DNA of 64,000 nt from a virus. Of the stretch, positions 36,121-45,874 are shown one piece after another. Under the pieces are notes generated by a model. That model saw nothing but the letters and a program-made list of their open reading frames with translations. It made no database searches and was not told the DNA's origin. The translations under genes were made by a program, and so were the position numbers. The DNA lies in IMG/VR virus record IMGVR_UViG_3300020599_000003, positions 32,001 to 96,000 of that record; one strand, 5' to 3'. Position 1 is the stretch's first letter. Every line of letters starts with the position of its first letter.

Positions 36121-37040
36121 TGCTCCTCTTCGCGGCTGACGGCAACTTCTATATTCACAAGATCTGGTTCACCATCCCCAACAAGCACAAGCTCAAGAAG
36201 GAGGTGCTCGGCCGCATCATGGCCAAGAAGATGTTGGACTTCATCTGTACGGACTACAACAAGCTCGGGGCTACTCACTGCGCGGTAGCTTTCGACGGGG
36301 GACAAAACTTCCGCTACAGCTTGTACCCAATGTACAAGGCGAACCGCAACCCCGACGGTGACGGCGGCAAGGCCCGTGAGAGGGGCGAGGACGGTCTAGG
36401 TAGTAAAGAGCTCTACCAATATCTGCCTCAGGTCATCAAGCTCCTCAAGAAGGCTGGCATCCCAGTCATACAGCATCCGAAATACGAGGCCGACGACATC
36501 CTGGCCTCACTGGCTCAACTACCTACCAATGTCGTGCTCGGCACCCGGGACAAGGACTTGTTCCAGATCCTCAACAAGCACACGAGACTGTGGTACTCGG
36601 AGAAGGGTGTCGGTCACTTCATCACTCTCAAGGATGCCCTGCAGAAGTGGGGCCTCAAGCAGTCCCAGTTCATCGACTACCAAACCCTCCTAGGAGACCC
36701 CGGTGACAATGTACCGACGATACCGTTCCGCAAGAGGACGGGACCCAAGACCATCCAGAAGTTGCTGGTTGAGCATGGCACTATCAAGGGTATCTACTCT
36801 AATGGCACTCCTCAGGAAAGGAAGGTCCTGATCGAGCACCAGAAGCAGGTAAGGATCAACCGACAGCTTGTGAGCATGGTCACTGATGTGTTGCGGCCCA
36901 AGCCGTCCCAGCTGAAGATCAAGAAGGTGAACCCCGAGCCCGGTTGGCCTGCTTCCTATCTAGCCCTATCTGATGGGGATAAGCTGTTCGGCAGCACGAA
37001 GTCCAGCACCCTTTCCGGGTTGCTACGCAGACGAAGGTAG
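36117..37040 (+). CDS. 5'-3' exonuclease / flap endonuclease (Pol I N-domain, T4 RNase H-like)
   Basis: ADGN, AVAFD, FRY.LYPMYKANR, YEADDILASL, TRDKDLFQ, LGDPGDNVP...GPKT H3TH. Confidence 0.93.
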   Translation: MMLLFAADGNFYIHKIWFTIPNKHKLKKEVLGRIMAKKMLDFICTDYNKLGATHCAVAFDGGQNFRYSLYPMYKANRNPDGDGGKARERGEDGLGSKELYQYLPQVIKLLKKAGIPVIQHPKYEADDILASLAQLPTNVVLGTRDKDLFQILNKHTRLWYSEKGVGHFITLKDALQKWGLKQSQFIDYQTLLGDPGDNVPTIPFRKRTGPKTIQKLLVEHGTIKGIYSNGTPQERKVLIEHQKQVRINRQLVSMVTDVLRPKPSQLKIKKVNPEPGWPASYLALSDGDKLFGSTKSSTLSGLLRRRR

Positions 37041-37048
37041 CCCAAATG

Positions 37049-37086
37049 AAAAGCCCCTCCCAGGGTCACGCCTGGGAGGGGCTTTT
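37049..37086. terminator. bidirectional terminator
   Basis: AAAAGCCCCTCCCAGG-GTCACG-CCTGGGAGGGGCTTTT; arms identical to 21909-21944. Confidence 0.9.
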
Positions 37087-37107
37087 GCTATGCGGATAGG
37101 GTGCAGA

Positions 37108-37884
37108 TCACAAGGCGTTGATCTCGTCGATCACTTCGGACAGATAGTCCGGAGCGATGCTGTACAGCGCCGTGTAGAACTTGCGCATCTTGTCCTTGTC
37201 GCTCTCGCTGATAGTGGCAGCAGCCATGCGATAGATCTCGGGATCGAGGTCCACCTTGTGGGCCGACAGCATGGTGCGAGTGCTGACGACGCGGGGCGCT
37301 GACGACTGCACGCTGATCAGCTCAACGTTCTGGTTGGCTTGCGAGGTCTTGGTCACGAAGCCGTAGTCCACGTCACCAGTTTCCGTGACGTAGGCCACCA
37401 GAGCCTCTCGCTCCGGCACGGCCATGTTGACCTTCGCCAGACGCGGGGCCAGTTCGGACTCGTTGGCGGCAGCGGTCACCAACGACGACAGATCCTCTTC
37501 CTGGTGGCGGACGAGATATTTGCCAGCGGAGCCCGTCTTGAGCTCCCACACGGACTGGTCTTCGTTGTTCACCAGGACGTTGGAATTGGTGGCGAGAACC
37601 GCGTGGTACGAGGCTTGCAACTCGTGGTTGTCCACTTCACGCACTTCCGATACGGATTTGACGAATGCGACGTAGAAATCGCCCACTTCCGAAGCCTGTA
37701 CCTTGGTGAGGGAGCCTTCGACCAGAGCACCTTGGCCTTGCAGCTTGGCGCAGACGCTTTCAGCGATGTCATCGGCATCCACGTTGCCAGTGGTGGAGAT
37801 CATGACCTTCGCCAGATTGGCGTTGATCATGACCGCTTCGTTGATGTTGATGGTACGTGCGGAGAGACCTTGGAGGTTCAGCAT
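37108..37884 (-). CDS. hypothetical virion/head protein
   Basis: Long ORF at end of tail operon; several h-x-A sites. Confidence 0.75.
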   Translation of the reverse strand: MLNLQGLSARTININEAVMINANLAKVMISTTGNVDADDIAESVCAKLQGQGALVEGSLTKVQASEVGDFYVAFVKSVSEVREVDNHELQASYHAVLATNSNVLVNNEDQSVWELKTGSAGKYLVRHQEEDLSSLVTAAANESELAPRLAKVNMAVPEREALVAYVTETGDVDYGFVTKTSQANQNVELISVQSSAPRVVSTRTMLSAHKVDLDPEIYRMAAATISESDKDKMRKFYTALYSIAPDYLSEVIDEINAL

Positions 37885-37932
37885 GATGGTGTTTCCTCTA
37901 GAGGAGATTGGAAGACTTACCCGGCCGGGGTT

Positions 37933-38451
37933 TTAGATGTCTTCGTGGTCAGTGTAGGCGAAGGTAGCTTGGGCAGTCACCACAGTTGAACCGTTGGAGC
38001 CGTCCATGCTCTGGTCGTTGAACGCAGTCAGGAAGACGCGATGCAGCTGGATGGTGCGGACCACCGAAGGCTCGTCGTTCCAGAGAACGATTAGCGGTTC
38101 GGTCATGTAGTCCGCAGACAGAAGACCCTTGTTGGTACGCCAGTTGCGCATCCGATCCTTCCAATTGCGCATCCCGTTACGTACGGACCAGGAGATGGAC
38201 TCGACGAAGGTGACGTCCCAGGTCTGCGTGAAGGACGCGGCACCGGCGTACGGGAGGCTGATGCCGTGAGTCTCGACCTTGGCAGTCTCCACCTGGAAGC
38301 CCGGCAACGACGTGGATTGACACTTGAAGGTGATGTCCCGTGTGTCGGGCATACCGGGGATGGTCGGGAAATAGAGGTCGAAGTTCCAACCTAGGGCGGG
38401 ATCGCCAACCTCAATCATGTTCTGGAGGTTAGTCCGAGTATAAGTTGCCAT
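37933..38451 (-). CDS. tail tube protein
   Basis: 172 aa directly after sheath; CQSTSLPG, W.VTF.E, W..W, F....D....D......T..F.Y (gp19-like). Confidence 0.85.
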   Translation of the reverse strand: MATYTRTNLQNMIEVGDPALGWNFDLYFPTIPGMPDTRDITFKCQSTSLPGFQVETAKVETHGISLPYAGAASFTQTWDVTFVESISWSVRNGMRNWKDRMRNWRTNKGLLSADYMTEPLIVLWNDEPSVVRTIQLHRVFLTAFNDQSMDGSNGSTVVTAQATFAYTDHEDI

Positions 38452-38462
38452 GTGATTACTCC

Positions 38463-40400
38463 TTAGCCCACAGTCTGCACGACTTCGTCAACCGTGACCG
38501 TGCGCTTGGTGATCGAGAAGTCCAGATCGAGTTCGTGGATGGGGATGGTCGGGTAGAGGACCACCAGCACCTTGCGGACACCGGCGATTTCCATGTCGGC
38601 CGTGTTGTTGCGCGAGTCCGATACCAGAGCGTAGTCGCTCAGGGCTCGGGCCGTCACCATCGTGGACAGGTACGTGTCGTACGTCTTTAGCAGGGCGCGA
38701 ACAGTGAACTCGTCGTTCTGCTCTTGCAGGAAGTACAAGCCAGCGAAGTACATCGAGGTCTTGATGGTGTTGGCAATGCGTCGCACCGACAACCACGACA
38801 ACGCCGAAGCCTTGTTCTGCAGAGTGCGCTGTTCCCAGAGCGCCGTGCCAGCGCCCAGCAGGGTGCGGACATAGTTGACTTGTGCAGCCTCCATGTTGTC
38901 CATCTCCGGTTCCTCGTAGATATAACGAGTGCCGAGGATGTCCAGCAGGCCACGATTCAGACCTGCGATGGAGAACGCCGGGTTGGCGAGCTTGTCGGTG
39001 CGGGCACACAGGGCTGCGGCCCAGCCTGAGAACGGCACTAGCAGAGACTTCTGCAGGCGATCGTCAGCTTCCAGAACATCGGGGCTGAACAGAGCCGAGT
39101 AGTTCGAGTTCAGGTTCAGCGTGACTTGCCGGTAGTTGATAGCCTGTTGCGCCTTCTGGCGATCCGAGGGCACATCCAGCATTGCCACGCAGTCACCGCG
39201 CGATTGTGCCAAGCTGTCCATGGCTCGCTGAGCGATCGGGTCAGCCACGCCACCGTTGATCAGGGTACGGACCGGAACGATGTTTCGGTTGGCGAACTTC
39301 GAGGACCAGACACCTGCAATCGTGTAGGACGTAGGAGCAGCGCCAGAGGTGCCACCGTCAAGGTTCGTGCGCGGCAGATTCATGGGGTTGACCGCACCGA
39401 TCACAGTACTCAGGTTCGACGTGTAGCGCATCATGTCCGAGAAGGAGTTGATGCGGCTTTCCATCTCGGTAGTGGAGCCAGTACCGTCGTTCTCGTCGTC
39501 GAACGACACATCCCACGTTTCCACAGGCACGCTGGGGTTCACAGCCGTGTTGTAGAACTCGACCGTGAAGATCGTGCTCGCCGGGGCAGCTTGAGCCGGG
39601 TCGGTGATAGGCTTCTTGGACGTGTCGGGGACGAGCTCACCCGTATCCACGAAGGACTGCGTGCCCTGGCCGATCTGAGCAATGAGGCCCATGCCAGCAC
39701 CTGAAGTCGAGCGACCGTACAGGTTGTACCCATAGGCGTTCGGCATGAGGTCCCAGCCGATGGTGATGCTGCCTGCGGTGACCGAACCAGCGATGACCAC
39801 GGTGATGACTTGGGATGCCAGCGTCTCACCGTTGGGGCCAATGGCCGAGATCATGTACTGATATGTACCCGCCGTCATCACGCCGCCCGTGCTGCTCGCA
39901 TCGGACGTGATGTTGGTCGGCGTTGCCGGGTCCTTCGTGACGAACTCGACTGCGTAGTCATCGGCGTAAGAGCCGGGACCTGGGTCCGGATAGAACAGAC
40001 CCACACACTGCTGAGTACCGGTGACGAAGGAGTCCCAGTTCGGCGACTTCGGGTCTTCCACACCGCCAGCGATAGGCTTGAACTCCAGCGTGCCGTCCTG
40101 GTTGCGCAGGAGAGCCAGAGCAGCGTACATCGCACCCGTGCCGACAGCACGGCAGGCGTAGAGCTGATTGCCTTCGCGGAAGTAGTCGCGAGCCGTGTAG
40201 CCGGTGAAGCTCACCAGCGGATCGGCATCACCGAACTTCGCGCGGAAACCATCGTACGAGTTGTACAGGCGCACGTCGGTGGGACCCATCGAACTGACGA
40301 TAACCTCGCCCGCCGTGCTGGTGGATGCGTTGATGACGATACTGGAGAGGTCAACCTCCGTCATGTACACGTCACTGCGACGGTTCTGGATGAGAGACAT
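38463..40400 (-). CDS. contractile tail sheath protein
   Basis: SDVYMTEVDLS, GPGSYA, RGDC.A.LD.P, P.SG..AA..ARTD, PA....RG, VRR....IK. Confidence 0.93.
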   Translation of the reverse strand: MSLIQNRRSDVYMTEVDLSSIVINASTSTAGEVIVSSMGPTDVRLYNSYDGFRAKFGDADPLVSFTGYTARDYFREGNQLYACRAVGTGAMYAALALLRNQDGTLEFKPIAGGVEDPKSPNWDSFVTGTQQCVGLFYPDPGPGSYADDYAVEFVTKDPATPTNITSDASSTGGVMTAGTYQYMISAIGPNGETLASQVITVVIAGSVTAGSITIGWDLMPNAYGYNLYGRSTSGAGMGLIAQIGQGTQSFVDTGELVPDTSKKPITDPAQAAPASTIFTVEFYNTAVNPSVPVETWDVSFDDENDGTGSTTEMESRINSFSDMMRYTSNLSTVIGAVNPMNLPRTNLDGGTSGAAPTSYTIAGVWSSKFANRNIVPVRTLINGGVADPIAQRAMDSLAQSRGDCVAMLDVPSDRQKAQQAINYRQVTLNLNSNYSALFSPDVLEADDRLQKSLLVPFSGWAAALCARTDKLANPAFSIAGLNRGLLDILGTRYIYEEPEMDNMEAAQVNYVRTLLGAGTALWEQRTLQNKASALSWLSVRRIANTIKTSMYFAGLYFLQEQNDEFTVRALLKTYDTYLSTMVTARALSDYALVSDSRNNTADMEIAGVRKVLVVLYPTIPIHELDLDFSITKRTVTVDEVVQTVG

Positions 40401-40403
40401 GGA

Positions 40404-40673
40404 TTACACCTCGATGACTTTGATGTGCTTGTTCAGCACGAGGTAGTTCCGGTCCACGGTATGGCCTGCCGGAAGCTTGACGTGGCGACGACCCATGACG
40501 TGCATGTAGTCCACATCGCCGTTGGCGTTGCGCAGTTGGACCGTCGCCTTGACCGAGCTGCCATTCACCACGTAGGGAACCTTGGGGGCAGTCTCCACAC
40601 GATCCTTCAGCTTCTCGGTGGTAACATCGAGCGCTTCCGGCTGGATGGTGCTGGTCGGAGTTGAGGAACTCAT
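40404..40673 (-). CDS. small hypothetical protein
   Basis: GGAG SD; ORF before sheath. Confidence 0.65.
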   Translation of the reverse strand: MSSSTPTSTIQPEALDVTTEKLKDRVETAPKVPYVVNGSSVKATVQLRNANGDVDYMHVMGRRHVKLPAGHTVDRNYLVLNKHIKVIEV

Positions 40674-41332
40674 GGTTGGTCTCCGTTTGATAAATCCCAC
40701 TGCTCGACTGCGCCTACATCATTGCCGAACTGCGCATCGAGCTTCAATTTGACGAGCTCACCAGCCTGGGCGAGCTGCACTTCAGACATGTAGCCCTTGA
40801 TTTGGACCTGAGTCTGAACCTTGTAGCCGGACTCTTCCTCGGAAGGGCTGGGACGCTCGCCAGGGACGTTCACCGTGAGATCACCGGTAGCGCCAATCTT
40901 GACGCGCAGCTTGCCAATCTCGATGGCAAACTTGAACAGTCCCATGCGGCAGGCCATCAACCAGCGCTTCGTGTACCAGAGCACAGAGTGATCACCAGCG
41001 GCTGCATTCGTCTCGTAAGTGATGTCCAGGTTGAAGATCACCGGGAGCAGACGGACGTTCACCGCAGTGTTGCCACCAGGACCGACGTTGACTACTAGCC
41101 CCTTGCGCAACAGATAGCGCGGGACATAGTGATCGGCTGACTCAGGGCTTGCTATCGTTGACACCTTGGCATACGCGAAGGGGTAGACTGGTTGGTGTCC
41201 TTCGCGACGCTGCTGTAGAATCTTGATTGCGTCGGTAGTCTGGGCGATGACGAGATCACAGCCGAACGTCTTGTAGTAGCGTTGTTGAAAGCCGTCGAGA
41301 ATACGATCCTCAATGGCGGGTATTCTTTCCAT
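40670..41332 (-). CDS. probable tail completion/terminator protein
   Basis: Position between capsid and sheath; PYAY.....S, P....L.I.Y pattern (inference). Confidence 0.5.
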   Translation of the reverse strand: MERIPAIEDRILDGFQQRYYKTFGCDLVIAQTTDAIKILQQRREGHQPVYPFAYAKVSTIASPESADHYVPRYLLRKGLVVNVGPGGNTAVNVRLLPVIFNLDITYETNAAAGDHSVLWYTKRWLMACRMGLFKFAIEIGKLRVKIGATGDLTVNVPGERPSPSEEESGYKVQTQVQIKGYMSEVQLAQAGELVKLKLDAQFGNDVGAVEQWDLSNGDQP

Positions 41333-41347
41333 AGCGGCTCCTATACG

Positions 41348-41385
41348 AAAAACGGGGTTGCAGAGGTCATCCCCCGCAACCCCGT
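41348..41385 (-). terminator. Rho-independent terminator
   Basis: ACGGGGTTGC...GCAACCCCGT plus U-tract on - strand. Confidence 0.75.
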
Positions 41386-41432
41386 CTGTCAGGAGGTCAA
41401 GCCAGAAGTCGAACCCCTGACGGAGCCTAGGC

Positions 41433-42020
41433 TCACTTGCGGCGCTGCGGCTTGACCACGACGCGGCTGGCCTGTATCGGCTTCTTGACCGGCTTGGCCT
41501 TGACGCCAGTCAGTCGGGCGATGACCGAGGCGAACTCGTTGGCTTCCTCTTCCATCGGCTCGACGTCCTCTTCCACTTCGACATCCTCGTCGAGGTCCAG
41601 GTCGTCGACATCCACATCGTCGACATCGGCTTCTTCGAGGATCTCTTCCGGCGAAGTGTCCTCCAGATGCTCGAGACCGTCGGTCGGATCGGCTTCGGCG
41701 TTGATGTCGTCACCGTTCAGCAGGCGGTCGATTTCCTCGTCGGACATTTCGTCCGAAGGGGCTTCCGCTTCAGCACGCAGACGAGCCGCCGTCATGGCTC
41801 GCAGGCCATAGGCGTTGGTGGCATCCAGCGTCTGGATCGCAGCGGTGATGCTGGGGTCCTTGACGGCCTGGAAGAAGGCGCGAGCGGCAACCGCCACGCG
41901 ACCTTGACGAGCCAGCTCTGCAGCCAGCGCCATGCAGTCCAGAGCGCGATTGTACGTCGCCAGGACCTTAGGGGCCTTCACTTGCGTGGAGGCTACGGTC
42001 TTTTGGGGTTTCTTGATCAT
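41433..42020 (-). CDS. acidic head-associated protein
   Basis: Helical N-domain, long Asp/Glu tract, C-terminal VIARL motif. Confidence 0.75.
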   Translation of the reverse strand: MIKKPQKTVASTQVKAPKVLATYNRALDCMALAAELARQGRVAVAARAFFQAVKDPSITAAIQTLDATNAYGLRAMTAARLRAEAEAPSDEMSDEEIDRLLNGDDINAEADPTDGLEHLEDTSPEEILEEADVDDVDVDDLDLDEDVEVEEDVEPMEEEANEFASVIARLTGVKAKPVKKPIQASRVVVKPQRRK

Positions 42021-42056
42021 GTGCGTTCTCCGATAGGGTGAGAAGACTGCTAAGAG

Positions 42057-42080
42057 GGTTGAGGCCTTCGGGCCTCAACC
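42057..42080. terminator. 10-bp hairpin after major capsid gene (attenuator/stabiliser)
   Basis: GGTTGAGGCC-TTCG-GGCCTCAACC; weak U-tract on - strand. Confidence 0.6.
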
Positions 42081-42096
42081 ACATCCTAACGGGTCG

Positions 42097-43173
42097 TCAC
42101 ACACGAATGCCCTTCGCCACGCTTCGGGTGTTGGCGATCATCGACGCCCAGCTCTGGGTGAGAACCCACCCACGACCCGGAATACCTTCGGTTTCGATGC
42201 CGATCGGCGCCGATTGCAGCGAGTCGCGGTCGGCGTAGGCACCGTGGTTCACGGCGTCGGACACGACGTACATTTCGCCTGCGTTCAGCACGCGATGCTG
42301 TTCGTGGCGGTAGGCGTCGGAGGTCACGGTCATGCCCCACATCGTGGCGAGCTCACCGGTCAGCAGCAGTTCGTGACGCGCGATGGGCGACAGGGCGCTG
42401 TGGAACTCGGTGTTGCCGATGATGTCTTCGTACAGGTCGGCAGCGATCAGGAAGTGCGGAGCCTTCAGACCCCATTGGGTCACGTTGACGCGCAGGCTGG
42501 CGACAGAGTAGGGGGTCAGCTGACCCGACACGACCAGCAGAGGGTTGCCGTCCTGGGTGCCAGCGGCGGCGTCGGCTTGACGCTTCCACAGACGGTCTTC
42601 CGTCACCATGAAGGCTTCGGTGGCTTCCGTGTACTTCTCGCCGAGGGGGTCACCGGGCGACTGGTTCAGGTCGTTTTGGGTGATGTACGGACGGGCGACC
42701 AGCACCATTTCCGCCGGGGTGTAGAAGTTGTCCTTCACCACCTGAGTATCGACGCGGCCGGGGGCGGTCGAGACGACGGCGACGGTGTCCTTCTTGTACA
42801 TCTTGAAGCGGACGATCGAGCCTTGGGCAGGGTTCGTCTTGGCCAGGAACTTACGGGCGAAGCCCTGACGGTTCTGGGTGATGTACAGGGCGTCGGTCAG
42901 GCGTTCGCCGACCAGCTTGTGATAGCCCTTGTCCGCGAAGACCGCAGCGATCAGTTGCTTGTTCGATTCTTCCTTGGCGCGGATCTCTTCGGCCGTGGCG
43001 ATCAGGCCCGAAGCCGCAGCTTCCAGGAACTTCTTCTGCTGGAGCAGCAAGTCCTGCTTGGACGAGGCGTTCAACTCGCCGTTACGGCCGACGGCCAGCT
43101 CACCACCCGGGGTGAAGCGGTAGTCCGTCGCGACCACGGGATGCGCGGAGGCGCGAATCTTGGTTGCTTTCAT
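42097..43173 (-). CDS. major capsid protein (HK97 fold)
   Basis: 358 aa, highly biased codons, NRQGFARKFL, EDRLW, G.LATMWG.TV.SD; order protease-scaffold-decoration-MCP. Confidence 0.8.
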   Translation of the reverse strand: MKATKIRASAHPVVATDYRFTPGGELAVGRNGELNASSKQDLLLQQKKFLEAAASGLIATAEEIRAKEESNKQLIAAVFADKGYHKLVGERLTDALYITQNRQGFARKFLAKTNPAQGSIVRFKMYKKDTVAVVSTAPGRVDTQVVKDNFYTPAEMVLVARPYITQNDLNQSPGDPLGEKYTEATEAFMVTEDRLWKRQADAAAGTQDGNPLLVVSGQLTPYSVASLRVNVTQWGLKAPHFLIAADLYEDIIGNTEFHSALSPIARHELLLTGELATMWGMTVTSDAYRHEQHRVLNAGEMYVVSDAVNHGAYADRDSLQSAPIGIETEGIPGRGWVLTQSWASMIANTRSVAKGIRV

Positions 43174-43212
43174 GTTGGATGACTCCTGAGTTGATGGATG
43201 TGACCTGGCCGA

Positions 43213-43899
43213 TTAGCTCAGGAAGATGCCGAGGTACGGAACTTGCGAGCTGGGCACGGCGGTGATCGTCGCATTGGCGATGACGTTGCCAGTGCCGTTC
43301 TGGTCAGTGACCTGACCGTTGGGGGCGAGCTTCACCTGCGTGGCAGCCAGCCAGTTGACCGAAGCGTCGAAGGCCGACGTGAAGATCTGACCTTTGCTGA
43401 TGTAGCCGACCTGGTCGACGTAGTTGCCGACATAGCCACCGGGCTGAGCGTTGCCGAACAGCGCAGTGCGCTCGTAGACGGTCAGGGCGTACTTGTAGGT
43501 CACCTGGACGGTGTCGCCAGCGGTCAGGCCGGAGATCACGTTGCCGGTCACCGTCACGCCACCGGTCACGGGCACGGGGGCGGGCGGAACCACCGACATG
43601 TCCATGATGCCGACTTGGCCGGCGATGGGGGTTTTGATCAAGGTGACCTTGCCGTCAGCCGGGACGACGTAGGTTTCGATGGCATTGTGGAAGGGTTCTT
43701 CGAACGCAGCACCGACCGTGTGGGCCAGGGCGAAACCGACAAAGATGTCGGAGGCTTCACCCGTCGAGGGCAGAACGCCTGCCGTCTGGTTGGTGTTGGT
43801 GCGGACGAGGGCTTGACCTTCCTCGGTGATCATGGCACCGGGGGCGACAGCGAACTCACCGCTGATCGGGCCGTGCGTCAAGGGCGCGTAGATGGACAT
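43213..43899 (-). CDS. capsid decoration / structural protein
   Basis: Between scaffold and MCP; beta-rich with inserted Ig-like segment. Confidence 0.7.
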   Translation of the reverse strand: MSIYAPLTHGPISGEFAVAPGAMITEEGQALVRTNTNQTAGVLPSTGEASDIFVGFALAHTVGAAFEEPFHNAIETYVVPADGKVTLIKTPIAGQVGIMDMSVVPPAPVPVTGGVTVTGNVISGLTAGDTVQVTYKYALTVYERTALFGNAQPGGYVGNYVDQVGYISKGQIFTSAFDASVNWLAATQVKLAPNGQVTDQNGTGNVIANATITAVPSSQVPYLGIFLS

Positions 43900-43930
43900 G
43901 GAGTATGCTCCTTAATGGTGAATTGCTGGC

Positions 43931-45448
43931 TCAGATGTTGAGGCCGTAGGTGAACAGCGGAGTTTCGCCACGCAAAACCGATTCGGTCAGCGAGGAGGCG
44001 TTGATGCTGGTGGGTGTGGAGGCCGCGCCAGCTTGCAAGGCAGTGACCTTCGCGGGGCGACGCAGCAGGGCTGCGGTGAGACCGGCAGTGACCGGAGACT
44101 GGGAGTCCTCGTCACCGTCGAACTCGTAGCCATCGTCGTCACCGTCTTCCGGGCACTCGTCGTTGGCGACGACGCGACGACGGCTGGTGACCTCGACGAC
44201 GTCTTCCGGAGTGTCGTTGACCAGATCCAGAGCTTCGGCGTAGTCAGCACGAACTTGTTCGCTCATGGCCGACAACTTGTGGGCCAGCGCCAGAGTGTTC
44301 TGGATGTAGCCTTGACCGTACGAAGCGAAGATACGCTGCAACATGCGTTGGGGGTTTTTCATGCCAGCCTGAACCAGTTCCTGCTCCAGAGCGGCACGCA
44401 GGGGGTTCTCGACTTGACTGAAGAAGTTGCGGCTGATGCCGACGGCAGCGATGGCGATCGACTGATCCAGCGCAGCTTGCTTGGCAGCTTGCACCTTGGT
44501 CAGGCGCTTCTCGATGTTGGCGGCTTCCAGCTTGATGGTCTTGGCGACCACCTTCGAGGCCGACAGCGACAAGCGCTCGGTCTTGAAGCCGTTGGCAACC
44601 AGAGCAGCCATCAGACCGTGCTTCTTGGCTTCAGCCAGCAGGAGCTGATGGTAGGCCGGAGCAGCGTAGACGTCGAGGACTTCAGCCTTCTTGGCGGCGG
44701 CTTTGGTCATGGTGGCGACGACCGTGGTGTTCTTCACAGCGCACAGCGTACCAGCGTTCATGACGAAGGCCACGTTCTGGATGGTGTCGTCCACTTGGCG
44801 AATCTCGCCGATGGGCAGCGAGGAGGGGTCTTCCTCGACATCAGCGTCGAGACCGAGTTGGTCGTCCGAACCGCTGTCTTCCGTGGCGATGTCGAGAGCC
44901 TCTTCCTCGGGGGGAGTGGGCAGCTCGTCTTCCTCGTCCTCGGCGTCCCAGTCGATATCACCGTCCTGACCTTCGTCCACGTCGGCTTCGACCATGGACG
45001 GATCGAACACGTTGACTTCGCCGTCACCGAGGGTGTCGACGTTGCCCTCACTGGCGTCGATCTCGGTATCGCCTTGTGCGTTCTCGAGCAGAGTGTCGCT
45101 GTCGTCGGTATCGAGGTAGTCCTGGACCGGATCGACGTCGTTGTCGATAGTCGAGATGTTGTTCGAACCGTCCGTACCAGCCGGATTGTCGATGTCAGCA
45201 GCGGCGATCTTGCGAGCCGATGCCCGGACCGTCTTGGACTTGGTCAAGCCCTTGTTGGTCTTGTCGTGATTGGAGAAGTGCAGGTCTCCACTCTCGTACG
45301 TTTCGGGGTCGATCAGACCGGCCGGCTCCATGGCATTGGTGACGGTCGTGTCCTCGACGTCCAAGATCGACAAGTCTTTGGGCTTCTTGTCGTGGTTCGA
45401 GAAGTGGAGGGTCCCGGCCTTCACCTTACGGAGTTGCTTGATGGCCAT
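43931..45448 (-). CDS. prohead scaffold/core protein
   Basis: Very acidic disordered tracts, coiled coil, duplicated LHFSNHDK, many h-x-A sites. Confidence 0.7.
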   Translation of the reverse strand: MAIKQLRKVKAGTLHFSNHDKKPKDLSILDVEDTTVTNAMEPAGLIDPETYESGDLHFSNHDKTNKGLTKSKTVRASARKIAAADIDNPAGTDGSNNISTIDNDVDPVQDYLDTDDSDTLLENAQGDTEIDASEGNVDTLGDGEVNVFDPSMVEADVDEGQDGDIDWDAEDEEDELPTPPEEEALDIATEDSGSDDQLGLDADVEEDPSSLPIGEIRQVDDTIQNVAFVMNAGTLCAVKNTTVVATMTKAAAKKAEVLDVYAAPAYHQLLLAEAKKHGLMAALVANGFKTERLSLSASKVVAKTIKLEAANIEKRLTKVQAAKQAALDQSIAIAAVGISRNFFSQVENPLRAALEQELVQAGMKNPQRMLQRIFASYGQGYIQNTLALAHKLSAMSEQVRADYAEALDLVNDTPEDVVEVTSRRRVVANDECPEDGDDDGYEFDGDEDSQSPVTAGLTAALLRRPAKVTALQAGAASTPTSINASSLTESVLRGETPLFTYGLNI

Positions 45449-45495
45449 GTTGGTTCCTCTTGAGAAGGGTGTTAGCGTGGTGAGCGCGAACAGTT

Positions 45496-45503
45496 ATAAA
45501 ATT
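45496..45503 (-). promoter_or_regulatory. AATTTTAT late-type motif
   Basis: 48 nt upstream of scaffold start. Confidence 0.55.
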
Positions 45504-45517
45504 GTAAGGTGTGCGAC

Positions 45518-45874
45518 TCAGACTGCTACTGCATCAGAGTCCGTGATGAAGACCAGCTTGAGCTTCTTGGTCTTATCCACTTCGAACGAGAGTTCCCATC
45601 CCAACGAATTCAGGGTTTGGGCTAGTCTGATCATGGACTTGGCATTAATGGCGGGGCAGCGAACACCATTGAGCGTAACCTCTACAGTCTCACGCTGCGT
45701 GAGCCGGTCAGTGCCGCTGACAGGACGACGAGCCATCACGCTGATACCAATCATTTTCAGCATGGATTTAACTGCTGCCGCGTGTTCAGGTGAGACAGAA
45801 TCGGCATCGGCAACTATAGGTTTGCCAGTCAGGGCTGCCAGGATTTGCCTATCAGAGATCATAAGGGTCCTCAA
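45518..45874 (-). CDS. hypothetical protein (118 aa)
   Basis: ATGA overlap with protease. Confidence 0.65.
   Translation of the reverse strand: MRTLMISDRQILAALTGKPIVADADSVSPEHAAAVKSMLKMIGISVMARRPVSGTDRLTQRETVEVTLNGVRCPAINAKSMIRLAQTLNSLGWELSFEVDKTKKLKLVFITDSDAVAV

Noticed and set aside
333-37040. Genome-wide TAG recoding suggested by the in-frame amber at 3040
   Set aside because: TAG ends several genes at sensible positions (333, 9667, 18527, 20051, 37040), in some cases overlapping the next RBS; long genes are not fragmented.
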